A stretch of DNA of 47,747 bases from Barthelona sp. PAP020 (taxonomy: Eukaryota). The stretch lies in the NCBI GenBank assembly GCA_040182905.1, contig JARQWU010000052.1, positions 1-47,747 on the forward strand, given 5' to 3'. Shown here piece by piece: positions 1-9,565 of this stretch. The notes under the pieces were generated by a model that had not been told where the DNA came from, did not search any database, and worked only from the letters and a program-made list of their open reading frames with translations. The position numbers and the translations under genes are program-made. Position 1 is the first letter of the stretch, and each line of letters begins with the position of its first letter.

Positions 1-200
1 TTAGATTTTCTAAGGTAAAGTTCAAACTTTAAAATTTTGCTTTTGCAAAAATACAAAAAAATAGGAATGAAGAATTTCTCCGAAATTCTCCTACTTGATC
101 GTTTCAATTACATTTCAGTCCCTCAATTCCCCTCCCGGGATTTTGACTGAAATTTGCTGGAATGAGTTTTCTGAGTTTACTTTCTTTGTAAATAAATATT
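1..200 (+). repeat. Dispersed repeat, diverged copy of about 30082-30292
   Basis: ttagattttctaaggtaaagttcaaactttaaaattttgcttttgcaaaaatacaaa...gaatttctccgaaattctc aligns with ttaaattttccaaagtaaaagttcaacaactttaaaattttgcttttacaaaatacaaa...aaaatttctctaaaattttc at 30082. Weaker similarity continues to ctgagttta. Confidence 0.75.
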
Positions 201-450
201 GCTGTTTCACAACTGGACCAATTATTTCCATTTTTTTTTTTTTTTTTTGTTTGTTGAATAAAGTTATGAGAAATCAGAAAAAATCTAAAAAAAAATCTAA
301 AAAATAAAATATTTATAAAAACGTATACATTGGGAAAAAATCTATTAATAAAGTCAAAAAACTACTGAAAATTTAAAAAACAAAAATGAAAACAAAAAGA
401 AAATTCGAAAAGACAATTTTCATCAAAGAAAAAATTATATTTGTGAAAAA

Positions 451-759
451 TCATGATATACACTCTTCAATCATTTTCTCAAAATCTCCAGTATCAATCA
501 TATATTGTAAATCTTCAATAGTACCAACAAATTTTGAATTCAAACAACATATTGGGAAAATGTCCTTGTATTCTGAATGATTTTTAATAATATTTTGATA
601 TTCTTCATGTCTTTCTGGACAACAAACTAAATCAACTTCATCGATTTGAACAAAAAAAGTTTTGAAGGAAGTAATAATTTCTTCCAATCTATCAGATTGA
701 GATAATTGTCGAACGTTCAAAGATGTTGTATATATTGTTCCAATAGGTGGATTGACCAT
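451..759 (-). CDS. Glutaredoxin/SH3BGR-like thioredoxin-fold protein
   Basis: ATG at 759 (MVNPPIGTIYTTSL). IYTTS, EVDL, FPICCLNSKFVG and IDTGDFEKMI follow the GRX-like/SH3BGR pattern. No CxxC. Confidence 0.65.
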   Translation of the reverse strand: MVNPPIGTIYTTSLNVRQLSQSDRLEEIITSFKTFFVQIDEVDLVCCPERHEEYQNIIKNHSEYKDIFPICCLNSKFVGTIEDLQYMIDTGDFEKMIEECIS

Positions 760-1000
760 TGAAATAATTAGGAAAAAGTGTTTTTGAATTTTCCCTTTCA
801 AACACGATTTACTCTTTTGTCAATCAATTATAATCACTGTAATTTAATAAAATAAATCTGAATAAAAGAATTTAAAATGTGTATTTACAAAATAATTTTG
901 AACAAATTTGTATTCAAACAAAAGATTAATTTAAACAGTTCAATCTACTCATCTATATAATTTATCAAATAATTAAATGACAATTGATTCTCTTTAATTT

Positions 1001-1654
1001 TTAATAGTTCTTATGGTCAACTTCAGAATAAAATTGCCGCAAAAAAGCTTGCATAAAAGCATGTCTTTCTTCTGCTATTTCACGACCAGTTTCAGTATTC
1101 ATTAAATCTTTCAACAACAACAGTTTTTCATGAAAATGACCAATAATTGAAGCAGTAGATTTTTTATAGTCTTCAAAACTCTCATGTAATGTAACACTTT
1201 CATCTGGTACAAACATCTTATGTCCTTTTTTACCACCATACATAAATGTTCTGGCAATACCGATGGCACCAATTGCATCAAGACGATCAGCATCTTGTAC
1301 AATTTTTGCTTCCAACGAAGATGATGATGATTTCACATTTGCGCCTTTAAAACTAACCGATTTTATTATTTCAACAACTTTTTCAATAATTTCATCGTTT
1401 ATTTCAAGTTTTCTCATTGATTTTCTAGCGTTTGGACAATCTTCAACATTATCTTCATCAAATGACAATTTATAATCATCAAAATCATGATATAATGCAG
1501 CTAATTCAACAGTAAATGAATCATGTGGTTCTTCTTCTTTGGAAATAATTTTTGCCATCGAATAAACTCGGAAGGTATGAGCTGCATCATGTCCAGAACT
1601 ATCATTGGAAAAATAATCTTCAACTTCAAGTTTAATCTTGTCGATAATTTGCAT
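1001..1654 (-). CDS. HD-domain phosphohydrolase (YedJ/YpgQ-like)
   Basis: GHDAAHTFRV, AALYHDFDDYK, IVQDADRLDAIGAIGIARTFMYGG, HFHEKLLLLKDLMNTETGREIAEERH. First ATG at 1654. Confidence 0.9.
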   Translation of the reverse strand: MQIIDKIKLEVEDYFSNDSSGHDAAHTFRVYSMAKIISKEEEPHDSFTVELAALYHDFDDYKLSFDEDNVEDCPNARKSMRKLEINDEIIEKVVEIIKSVSFKGANVKSSSSSLEAKIVQDADRLDAIGAIGIARTFMYGGKKGHKMFVPDESVTLHESFEDYKKSTASIIGHFHEKLLLLKDLMNTETGREIAEERHAFMQAFLRQFYSEVDHKNY

Positions 1655-1732
1655 AAAAGTCAATGGATGAAAAACCAATTATTTTCCTTTTTTTTTTTAA
1701 ACACATTTTCATTTTAGTTTACGCGAATTAAC

Positions 1733-3799
1733 ATGATTACTGTTGCCTTTATAGGTGATGTTGGAACAGGAAAAAGTTCTTTGATTAGAGCTTTGAATGG
1801 TGAAAAATTTCAAAATGAATACAAAAGGAACGATGAAATTTGTCACACAAAAATATCGCTTGAGAATTTTAAAGATGTAAATACGATAGAAATTCCATTG
1901 AACAAACTTAATGAAATTAAAATTGAAAGATTTGACTTGATTTTTTTTATTTTTGATATGAGAAGAATTGAAACTTTTGATCATATTATTAATGAGTATT
2001 GGAATGTGTTTGATTCAAAATTGAGTAGTTTGGATAAAAAAATTCTAGTTGGTACTCATATGGATCTATGTGTTGATCAAGATGATGGAATATTTGCCAA
2101 AGCAAGAGAAGTTTGTTTACAAAATGGAGGTTTTTTTTCTCAACTCTCTTCATTGACCAAACAAAATTTGAGATTGGTTTCTCGAATCCTTTCTATAAAA
2201 TTATCTGATGTTGGAAGAGATTTTAATTCTCAATTGAACTCAAACATAGGTTCAAGCTCTGATGATATTTCAAAGCAAGTGGAAATTTCAAACAAAGATG
2301 AAAATTCAGAAATACCGCGTATGGAATATTTAGACAAGACTAATTTACCAATTGGGGATATTCCTCGAAGATTTAATCAAAAACCAATAAAAAAACCGTC
2401 TTTTCCAGTTGATGCGTCTTCAATTACTTCTATCAAAACACCTGTTAAGACACCTGACCATGTGATTATTAATGATAACAGAAATACTCGTATTTCCCAT
2501 GTTATTGATTCTCCTTTAGTAAATTCATCAATTATCACTGAAGAAGCATTGCAAAATAGATATCGTGAACTGCAAAAACTTGTTGACGTGTTAGAATCCA
2601 GTAAACCAATGGTAAACCATCTTGAGAATAATATCCCAAACATAGCTAGCTCTCAACACTCTGCTGAGACAATAATCGATTCATTACCAACTGAAACAAA
2701 ATTAATAACTGAAGAAAAAAACTTTCAACTTGAAGACAAAGACAATAAGTTGAATAAAGAAGAAGAAGATGCAAATACTTTGGAATATTCACGCATCCCC
2801 AAACCTATTTTTGAAGAAGATGAAACATATCCAATTTCTAAGCCCCAAATTATTCCTCAGATAAAGATGGAGAAAACACCTTCAATGAACGAAATAACTG
2901 TAGATTCTTTGCCTTTCACTATTGGGGTTGAGAATTCAATTCCAACCGTAAGAACAACTTTGAATGATGAACCTATTGCTACGAATTCAATAAAAAATAA
3001 AAATGGTAAAATACGTAACAATGCCATGTTCAGTGGCCAGCATAATGTAAATAACGAAAAAGTCATTACAACCACCATTGAGTTAATTATTGAAGGTGAT
3101 CGCATTTTGGTAGACATATCTCCAACTGATGATTTGTATGAATTAACGTCTGCTGTTGTTCGTAATATGGGTTTGCCAGTTGCTTTAACGAGTAAAATTT
3201 ATTCTTTGTTGAAGAAGAAATTTGACCAAAGATTCAATCATCCTCCTCACAAAGAATTCGAACCAACAAGATCAGAACCATTTAAACTTGCTACTGCTCG
3301 TAGAAATAAGCAAAAAAACGATAATTTGCCCTTCATAGAGTTAAGAGTACAAGTTTCAAAATTTAAATATGGAAATTTGAGAGTTAGATTGGGAGACGAT
3401 CCAGTTCAGATTACAAATAACTTTTCTGCAATATATAGTTTGTCCAAGCAAAAGAAACAAGAATTATTGAAACAAGTTCAATTGGTTTTACAAGACCTTA
3501 TTGTTGAAACTAGTTCTTTGAATGAAACGACAGGAAATTTTTCAACAGATTCAAAAAGAACACATTCTTATTCCAATAATTCTTCATATACACATTCTCC
3601 TCAAGAATATTCCGAAGAAGATGATCTTTTGGTTGAATTTGAGGTGACAGTAAAGCCAGGAATTGTGGAGTCAATAAAAATCTTTCAAAACTCCAATATT
3701 GATGAGACAATACAAGAATTTTGCAGAAAATATAATTTAGATTACCAGCAACAACAATATTTTGCTGAAATTTTACACAACCATTTGAATAATTCTTAA
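1733..3799 (+). CDS. Protein with a divergent N-terminal Ras/Rab-like GTPase domain, a low-complexity linker and three C-terminal repeated modules
   Basis: P-loop GDVGTGKSS, FIFDM strand, ILVGTHMDL at G4. 688-aa ORF. Confidence 0.7.
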   Translation: MITVAFIGDVGTGKSSLIRALNGEKFQNEYKRNDEICHTKISLENFKDVNTIEIPLNKLNEIKIERFDLIFFIFDMRRIETFDHIINEYWNVFDSKLSSLDKKILVGTHMDLCVDQDDGIFAKAREVCLQNGGFFSQLSSLTKQNLRLVSRILSIKLSDVGRDFNSQLNSNIGSSSDDISKQVEISNKDENSEIPRMEYLDKTNLPIGDIPRRFNQKPIKKPSFPVDASSITSIKTPVKTPDHVIINDNRNTRISHVIDSPLVNSSIITEEALQNRYRELQKLVDVLESSKPMVNHLENNIPNIASSQHSAETIIDSLPTETKLITEEKNFQLEDKDNKLNKEEEDANTLEYSRIPKPIFEEDETYPISKPQIIPQIKMEKTPSMNEITVDSLPFTIGVENSIPTVRTTLNDEPIATNSIKNKNGKIRNNAMFSGQHNVNNEKVITTTIELIIEGDRILVDISPTDDLYELTSAVVRNMGLPVALTSKIYSLLKKKFDQRFNHPPHKEFEPTRSEPFKLATARRNKQKNDNLPFIELRVQVSKFKYGNLRVRLGDDPVQITNNFSAIYSLSKQKKQELLKQVQLVLQDLIVETSSLNETTGNFSTDSKRTHSYSNNSSYTHSPQEYSEEDDLLVEFEVTVKPGIVESIKIFQNSNIDETIQEFCRKYNLDYQQQQYFAEILHNHLNNS

Positions 3800-4239
3800 T
3801 TAGTCCATTCATCTTTTTATATTTTTTGTAAACTTTTCATTTTTTTTTTTTTTTTACCTGAATAATCTTTATAAAAGAATTGCAGTATTAATGACCTTTA
3901 ATTTTCTCTGTTTCAAGCAAGCTTTCTTTTCGAACAAAAAGGAAAGGATTTATCACACTTCAACCAAATGAAATGAACAATTTTGGTTTAATCTTGCCAA
4001 TTAGAGATGAAATTTTTGGAAAATGCTTCAAGCCAAATCCTCTGTTTTAGCAAAAGCAAAATTTAAAACTGACAACTTTTTTCCCCAGAATGGGCAAAGA
4101 TTGAAAACAAAGAATCTTTGAATATTGTTGTTCAAATGGGCAATGTTACCTTTGTTAACTTATAGGTACAGTGCTTCTTGGATCGAAAATAGTTGTATAT
4201 ATCAACAATATTCAAAGGAAAAAAAAACATATATATCCA

Positions 4240-4824
4240 TTATTTTATCTGTGAAACGATCCATTCCAAAACAGAATTCAAATTTGTTTGATCTTTTCCA
4301 GATGTTCTAAAAACGGCCCATGTGTGTGACGTGATTTGTGCTAAATCCATCTGTTTACACATTTCAGCGGTGTCAATAGCATCATCTAAATCACATTTAT
4401 TGGCTAATATGCATATTTTGGATTCAACTAAGGGATCTTCTTCTAAAAGAGCAAACAATTCTTGTTTAGCTAAATGTAATCTGTTCACATCAGTGGCATC
4501 AACAACAAACATTATTGCCGCAACATCATGATAATGACGTCTCCAAAATGGTCGAAGATAATCTTGTCCTCCAAGATCCCAAGCTTGGAATTCAACCCCG
4601 TTAAATTCAAATGTTTCCATTGTAAATGCAATTGTTGGTCGAACTTCCAAAAATTTACCTAGAGATATTTGATACAAAATTGTAGTTTTTCTAAAATTTG
4701 TTAGTTAAAGAATCATAAAATTATAATACCCAGCATTATCTAATCCTAAAATTAACAATCGATTTGATCTCTTTCCACCGATCTTTGCAACTAAATCTTT
4801 AACTTTTGAAAATAATGGTCCCAT
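4240..4824 (-). CDS. Arf-like small GTPase (ARL1-like), two exons: 4824-4730 and 4690-4240
   Basis: Exon 1 MGPLFSKVKDLVAKIGGKRSNRLLILGLDNAG joins KTTILYQ and restores the P-loop GLDNAGKTT. WDLGGQ, ANKCD and an N-terminal MG myristoylation site are present. Confidence 0.9.
4691..4729 (-). other. 39-nt spliceosomal intron
   Basis: GTATTATAATTTTATGATTCTTTAACTAACAAATTTTAG: GT...AG ends and an ACTAAC branch point. Removal gives GG|A (Gly) in the P-loop. The unspliced sequence has in-frame stops. Confidence 0.9.
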
Positions 4825-4926
4825 TGATAATTCGTTCAAATATTCACAAAATCGAATACAATTCAATAAACAAACACAAAAAGTCCAAAAAAAAAAGGAA
4901 ATGATTTTTGAACGTTTCTTTTTTTA

Positions 4927-6483
4927 ATGAACTATTTCCAAGTTAATGTTTTAATTATTAGCATATTATCTGTTTTAATACCATTATTTATCGATAATCT
5001 TTCTACAAATGAAATATCAGAGAGGAATTTTCTTACTCCAACTAAATATCAATTTAACAGTACATTATTTAATAAATATAATAAAAGAAAAATAGAAACT
5101 GTGAGTGATTTAGTGCAGAATTTACCGAAAAAATTGTCAAGAATTGAATTGAGCTATTGTGATAGACCATTTCATGTTTTGATTGACAAGTCAAGATACA
5201 CATATTCTTCAGAAAGTATAATATTTGCATATGATACACAATATTCACAGAATGTTTCTTTTGATCTTCAAAATGTTTTTGAAATATTTGGTTATGTCAG
5301 TGACTATTTGGTTGATCAAGTTCGTGATATTTTTTATATTATTGGCCAATCAGATTTTAGCTCTAATTGTGATTCATTTGATCAATTTACCAAAGATTGG
5401 TACAGTGGAAAATTGAAGTTCAATTATGGCAGGATATTCACTGCTATAGGTTTGGGTAATATGTACTCTATGGATAGTTTCATTGATCAAAACCATATTA
5501 AAACAACCCTTGGAATTCAAACCGTTTCTATTCATGGTTTTTCATCTAATTTGGATTTGGCCAATATTGTCATCACACAGGCTTACAAATTTCATATTCA
5601 TGTTGATGCTTCTCCTTTTAATTTTGTAAACAAGTATTTAACTGCATTTCAACAAGTCTTGCCTGTCCCTTTAAGTCCAGCATTTTCATTTGGAAGGTTG
5701 GAAGCAGATTCCATTGGAATATACTTGAAAGGTAGACATGATAACACGCATATAAGTGAACAAATAAGAAGCCACAATTGTAAACGGATAATTCCTCTAT
5801 TTGTATCTCTATTTCAGTTATTAAATAATGCTGATGAAGAATTCCATCAATCAGAGTGGTTGGCAATGCAAATGTCAGGATTTGAATATGTTGAATTTTC
5901 ATCCCTTGTGATGGTGCATCTTGTCCTTATAATTTTGTTAATTCTTGCATTGTTTTTGTTGAGGAACGAAATTCAAGGCATTGAAAATTCTAAAGATTTT
6001 CAAAAATTTATTCTGTATCAATTTTGTTTATTTGTAGTTATGATTATTGCATGTGAAGTATTTTCCTTAGTTGAGATTAAATTTTTATTGGTATTTGGTG
6101 TCTTGATTTTTTTCTCTTTTGTTTCTTTTTTGATACATCAAAAAACCGATAGATTGGGTACTTTCACTGTCTTAAATGTTCAAAACATTCTCAAAATTTT
6201 GTTTTTTGTCAGTCATTGTTTTCTTATTCGTGATCCAGTTGGAATTTTTTATGGTTTATTGGGTTTAACCAATGTTTTCAGCCCTTTTATCTTGGTTAAA
6301 ATCATCTCAGTCTATCTAACCCAAATGAATCATCAGTATTCTTTAAAATTGTTGTTCACATACTCTCCCAAACTCTTTATTTTTTGTTCCTTTGTTATGG
6401 TACCTTCTTTTGTTTCCTTTATAGCTGTAATTTTCAAACGAATTTCAATTCGTCTTAAATTTGGTAAATTTAAAGATATTTGA
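4927..6483 (+). CDS. GPAA1: GPI transamidase subunit GPAA1/Gaa1
   Basis: N-terminal TM followed by ISERNFL, then NLDLANIV, then LLNNADEEFHQS (Gaa1 LNNxxExxHQS) and multiple C-terminal TM helices. Confidence 0.8.
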   Translation: MNYFQVNVLIISILSVLIPLFIDNLSTNEISERNFLTPTKYQFNSTLFNKYNKRKIETVSDLVQNLPKKLSRIELSYCDRPFHVLIDKSRYTYSSESIIFAYDTQYSQNVSFDLQNVFEIFGYVSDYLVDQVRDIFYIIGQSDFSSNCDSFDQFTKDWYSGKLKFNYGRIFTAIGLGNMYSMDSFIDQNHIKTTLGIQTVSIHGFSSNLDLANIVITQAYKFHIHVDASPFNFVNKYLTAFQQVLPVPLSPAFSFGRLEADSIGIYLKGRHDNTHISEQIRSHNCKRIIPLFVSLFQLLNNADEEFHQSEWLAMQMSGFEYVEFSSLVMVHLVLIILLILALFLLRNEIQGIENSKDFQKFILYQFCLFVVMIIACEVFSLVEIKFLLVFGVLIFFSFVSFLIHQKTDRLGTFTVLNVQNILKILFFVSHCFLIRDPVGIFYGLLGLTNVFSPFILVKIISVYLTQMNHQYSLKLLFTYSPKLFIFCSFVMVPSFVSFIAVIFKRISIRLKFGKFKDI

Positions 6484-7400
6484 AAGTTTGGATGATAAAT
6501 GTTCCTGTGTGCTTTTTTTTTATCATTCTTCACCCAAAATTGCAATTGAATTCATCCAAAAGAAAGATCTCATTAGCTCATTCTAATTGGTTTATGGTGC
6601 TCAAAAAAGGGATAGTTTTGGTTTGTTGTCTAACTTAAAGAAAAAAAACTAAGATGCGAATACAAACTCATCAAATTCTGTTCATTTGCTAATATTTTCA
6701 TCATTCTTAATTCTTCATTCGTCAAATTGCGTTTTTTATTCAAAAGAATCATCTTGCAATCTATGAATAAGGTGATGATGAGAACTTTTGAGGGCCTTTT
6801 TGCACATATAATCTTTATCACACACGTACATATTGATTCGTCCAGATTGTGTTAAATTTTTCAACCGTTAAGTAATCAATGTATTTCTCTTTTTTCACCA
6901 GTGGTTTATCATGTTTGAAGTCAATCTCTTCTCTCCTTGAAAATCATTTCTCAAAATATTTCTTTGTGAAGTCAGTCCTGTTGATACAATCCTCAAGTTG
7001 GCTAATTAATATAACCATATGACAAAAAAACTTGAAATTTATTGAAATTGATAAATCCACCACCTCGATATAAAAGACCTTTGGTTAGCTTGACCAATGT
7101 TGATTTCACTGAAGTCAAGTTCAAGAAAAATAATTTGTGGAAGAAAAATTGAAAAATCACCCTTAGATATCCTTAAATTCAAAAGTTGTTGGACTAAGAA
7201 TTAAATGTGGCAGTATTTGAATGCAGTGTTTTGCGGAACAACTCCTTGTATAATTGTTAGTTTAAAACACAGTCAAACGTTAATAAAGAATGCGAATCAG
7301 TTTCGTGAATCAATTTGTGCATCACCTAAACGCTCAAAATTAAATGTCTGTTGACTGTAGATCCAAATAAAATACGTCTATGCTTGAACTTAAAAAGTAA

Positions 7401-9242
7401 TCACTTTACTGTGTTTAAATCATAGTATAAATTGCAATGGGTGCCATCATTAGTGTTGGATTCAGGAAAGCTGCTGCTGCTTGATGGGAAATATGGATAA
7501 ACAGTTGAATGTGTTGGTGGGGAAAATATCTCCACCTGTAAGTCTACTTGATGAACTTTTTTCTTTTTGTTCCTTTTTTTCTGATTGTCATTGGCGAATT
7601 CCATCACATCCATACTCTTGGCAACCTTGGGTCCAAACTCATTGTTCGAATCAGAAACGATGGGTAAAGAATTTTTCAAAGATACACAGTTTGGTGATTG
7701 ATTAGGAACTTCATGAACTTCCCCATCTTCATCCAGATGTTCAACATGTTCCACATTGCTAAATGTGCTAATGTTCTCAATTAAAACATCCCAAACCAAA
7801 TCCAAATTTTTGCATGTTGAATGATCTATTTCACAACTTTCCACAACTTTTTTATGCAATTGCTTTGCTGCTCTTAATAGTTCTAAAACCTCAAGAATCG
7901 ACACCTTATCATTCTCAACTGGAACAGTAGAATGTGAAGAACTGTTTCTCCTTTCTGTACCTTTTAAAAGCACCGTGTTTTTTAGATCGTCTGAGATTTT
8001 GCTAGAGATAAATGAAAGTGTTGAATTATCCATAAAATTGTGACAAAGTCTGTTCAATATCTCTTCAAATTGTGTCTTTGAAAAAGATAAAGGGGATTCA
8101 GGCTCATCTATAATATTTGAATCAGAAATATCGTTATTAAATAAAGAAAAATCATTTTCACTATCCCCAATACTAGAATAAGTATTGACATCATCAATAA
8201 CATCAATATTTGATAGATTATCAACACTTCCTGATAAATTACTGCTCATAGTTGTAAGTCCGACGTATTGAGAAGTTGAAATATCTCTAACATCAGATGA
8301 ATAATCTTCAAATCTTAAATTTTCCGTTTCACATTCAGATTCTGCTTCAATATCCCCATTATTTTCAGTTTCCTCGATTTTCTTGGCAACATCCTCATTT
8401 ACATCACTATTTGAGGCAATTAATGATTCAGTTTTGGTAGATTCGTCAACTTTTAAAATAAAAGAATTTGTTCTTTTTTTCTCTTCTTCAACAACATCAA
8501 AAATTTTGTGGTTCAATACTTTATCAGAAAAATTCCCAAAATTTTGAGGAAAACTTTGGGAGATATTTTCATCTTGAGTTTGATTTGCACAAAGACTATT
8601 CATATTACTGTTGGAATTCAAAGACACAATTCTTTGATATTTTTTCAAATTATCAATATTTAAAACAGAATTATCATTTAAAAACCTGTAATTACTTCGA
8701 AGAAACTCCATAGTATTCTTATTTCGCTGATCATTTTTATCCAATTTTTGAAAATATTCTGCAAACCTATATCTATTTTTTAAACATATTTCTTCACTAG
8801 GAACAACAATATTGAGAGAATCTAAAGAAAATAAAACAAAGCATGATAATGTAAAAAGATTCTTTGTGGTAGTGGTGAATTTAAGTTCAATATTTGAGCA
8901 TTTATCATTCTTTGAAAAAGATATATGATGTAAATAATTATCAGAAGAATTTTGAAATGGTATTCCTTTTGAAGAATGTAATTGCTTACGATTAATAGAA
9001 TTTGATGTCTCAATAAGTTTAGAAGTACAAATTAACGATATTCCATCAATATATTGAGGTTCTGGTATGAAAACTCTCAATATACAAGATGTTAATCGAA
9101 TTGAAACTCTTTTAAATGTTAATAAATTAGTATTATCATATAATTCTATTATAATTTTTGGATCAAAAGTTTTAATACTCTGAAATATGCATGTATGTAA
9201 AAAATCTCCAGATTGAACTGACCAGTTCGAGTGAATATTCAT
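7401..9242 (-). CDS. Hypothetical protein (beta-rich N-terminus, acidic/Ser-rich remainder)
   Basis: 613-aa ATG-initiated ORF; no family recognised. Confidence 0.7.
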   Translation of the reverse strand: MNIHSNWSVQSGDFLHTCIFQSIKTFDPKIIIELYDNTNLLTFKRVSIRLTSCILRVFIPEPQYIDGISLICTSKLIETSNSINRKQLHSSKGIPFQNSSDNYLHHISFSKNDKCSNIELKFTTTTKNLFTLSCFVLFSLDSLNIVVPSEEICLKNRYRFAEYFQKLDKNDQRNKNTMEFLRSNYRFLNDNSVLNIDNLKKYQRIVSLNSNSNMNSLCANQTQDENISQSFPQNFGNFSDKVLNHKIFDVVEEEKKRTNSFILKVDESTKTESLIASNSDVNEDVAKKIEETENNGDIEAESECETENLRFEDYSSDVRDISTSQYVGLTTMSSNLSGSVDNLSNIDVIDDVNTYSSIGDSENDFSLFNNDISDSNIIDEPESPLSFSKTQFEEILNRLCHNFMDNSTLSFISSKISDDLKNTVLLKGTERRNSSSHSTVPVENDKVSILEVLELLRAAKQLHKKVVESCEIDHSTCKNLDLVWDVLIENISTFSNVEHVEHLDEDGEVHEVPNQSPNCVSLKNSLPIVSDSNNEFGPKVAKSMDVMEFANDNQKKRNKKKKVHQVDLQVEIFSPPTHSTVYPYFPSSSSSFPESNTNDGTHCNLYYDLNTVK

Positions 9243-9565
9243 ATTTCTTTTTGGTCAAATCAAATTGAATAATCTATCAATACAAAAAATGATTGGAAAA
9301 TAGAAAACAAGAAAAAATTGAAGAAAAACTCAATCTTTTTATCTACCTAAAAAAACAAGATTTTTGGAGGAGTTTGAAGATACTTTGAACAATGCTTTAA
9401 GATTTTTTTTTAAATTTTCCCTTAATCCTCAAAAAATTTTAATATTTCAAAAAAGTAACATCTGAATGATTAAAACATTCAATTGGTCAAAGTGCTTAAA
9501 AGAATAAAATGTGTTATTCTTCTGAAACGGAAAATTGATTTTGATTTGTATTAATTTTGAAAGGG

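Noticed and set aside
6484..7400. Long gap between convergent genes with short ORFs such as 6630-6821
   Set aside because: No recognisable motif, repeat or RNA gene in the frames I read.
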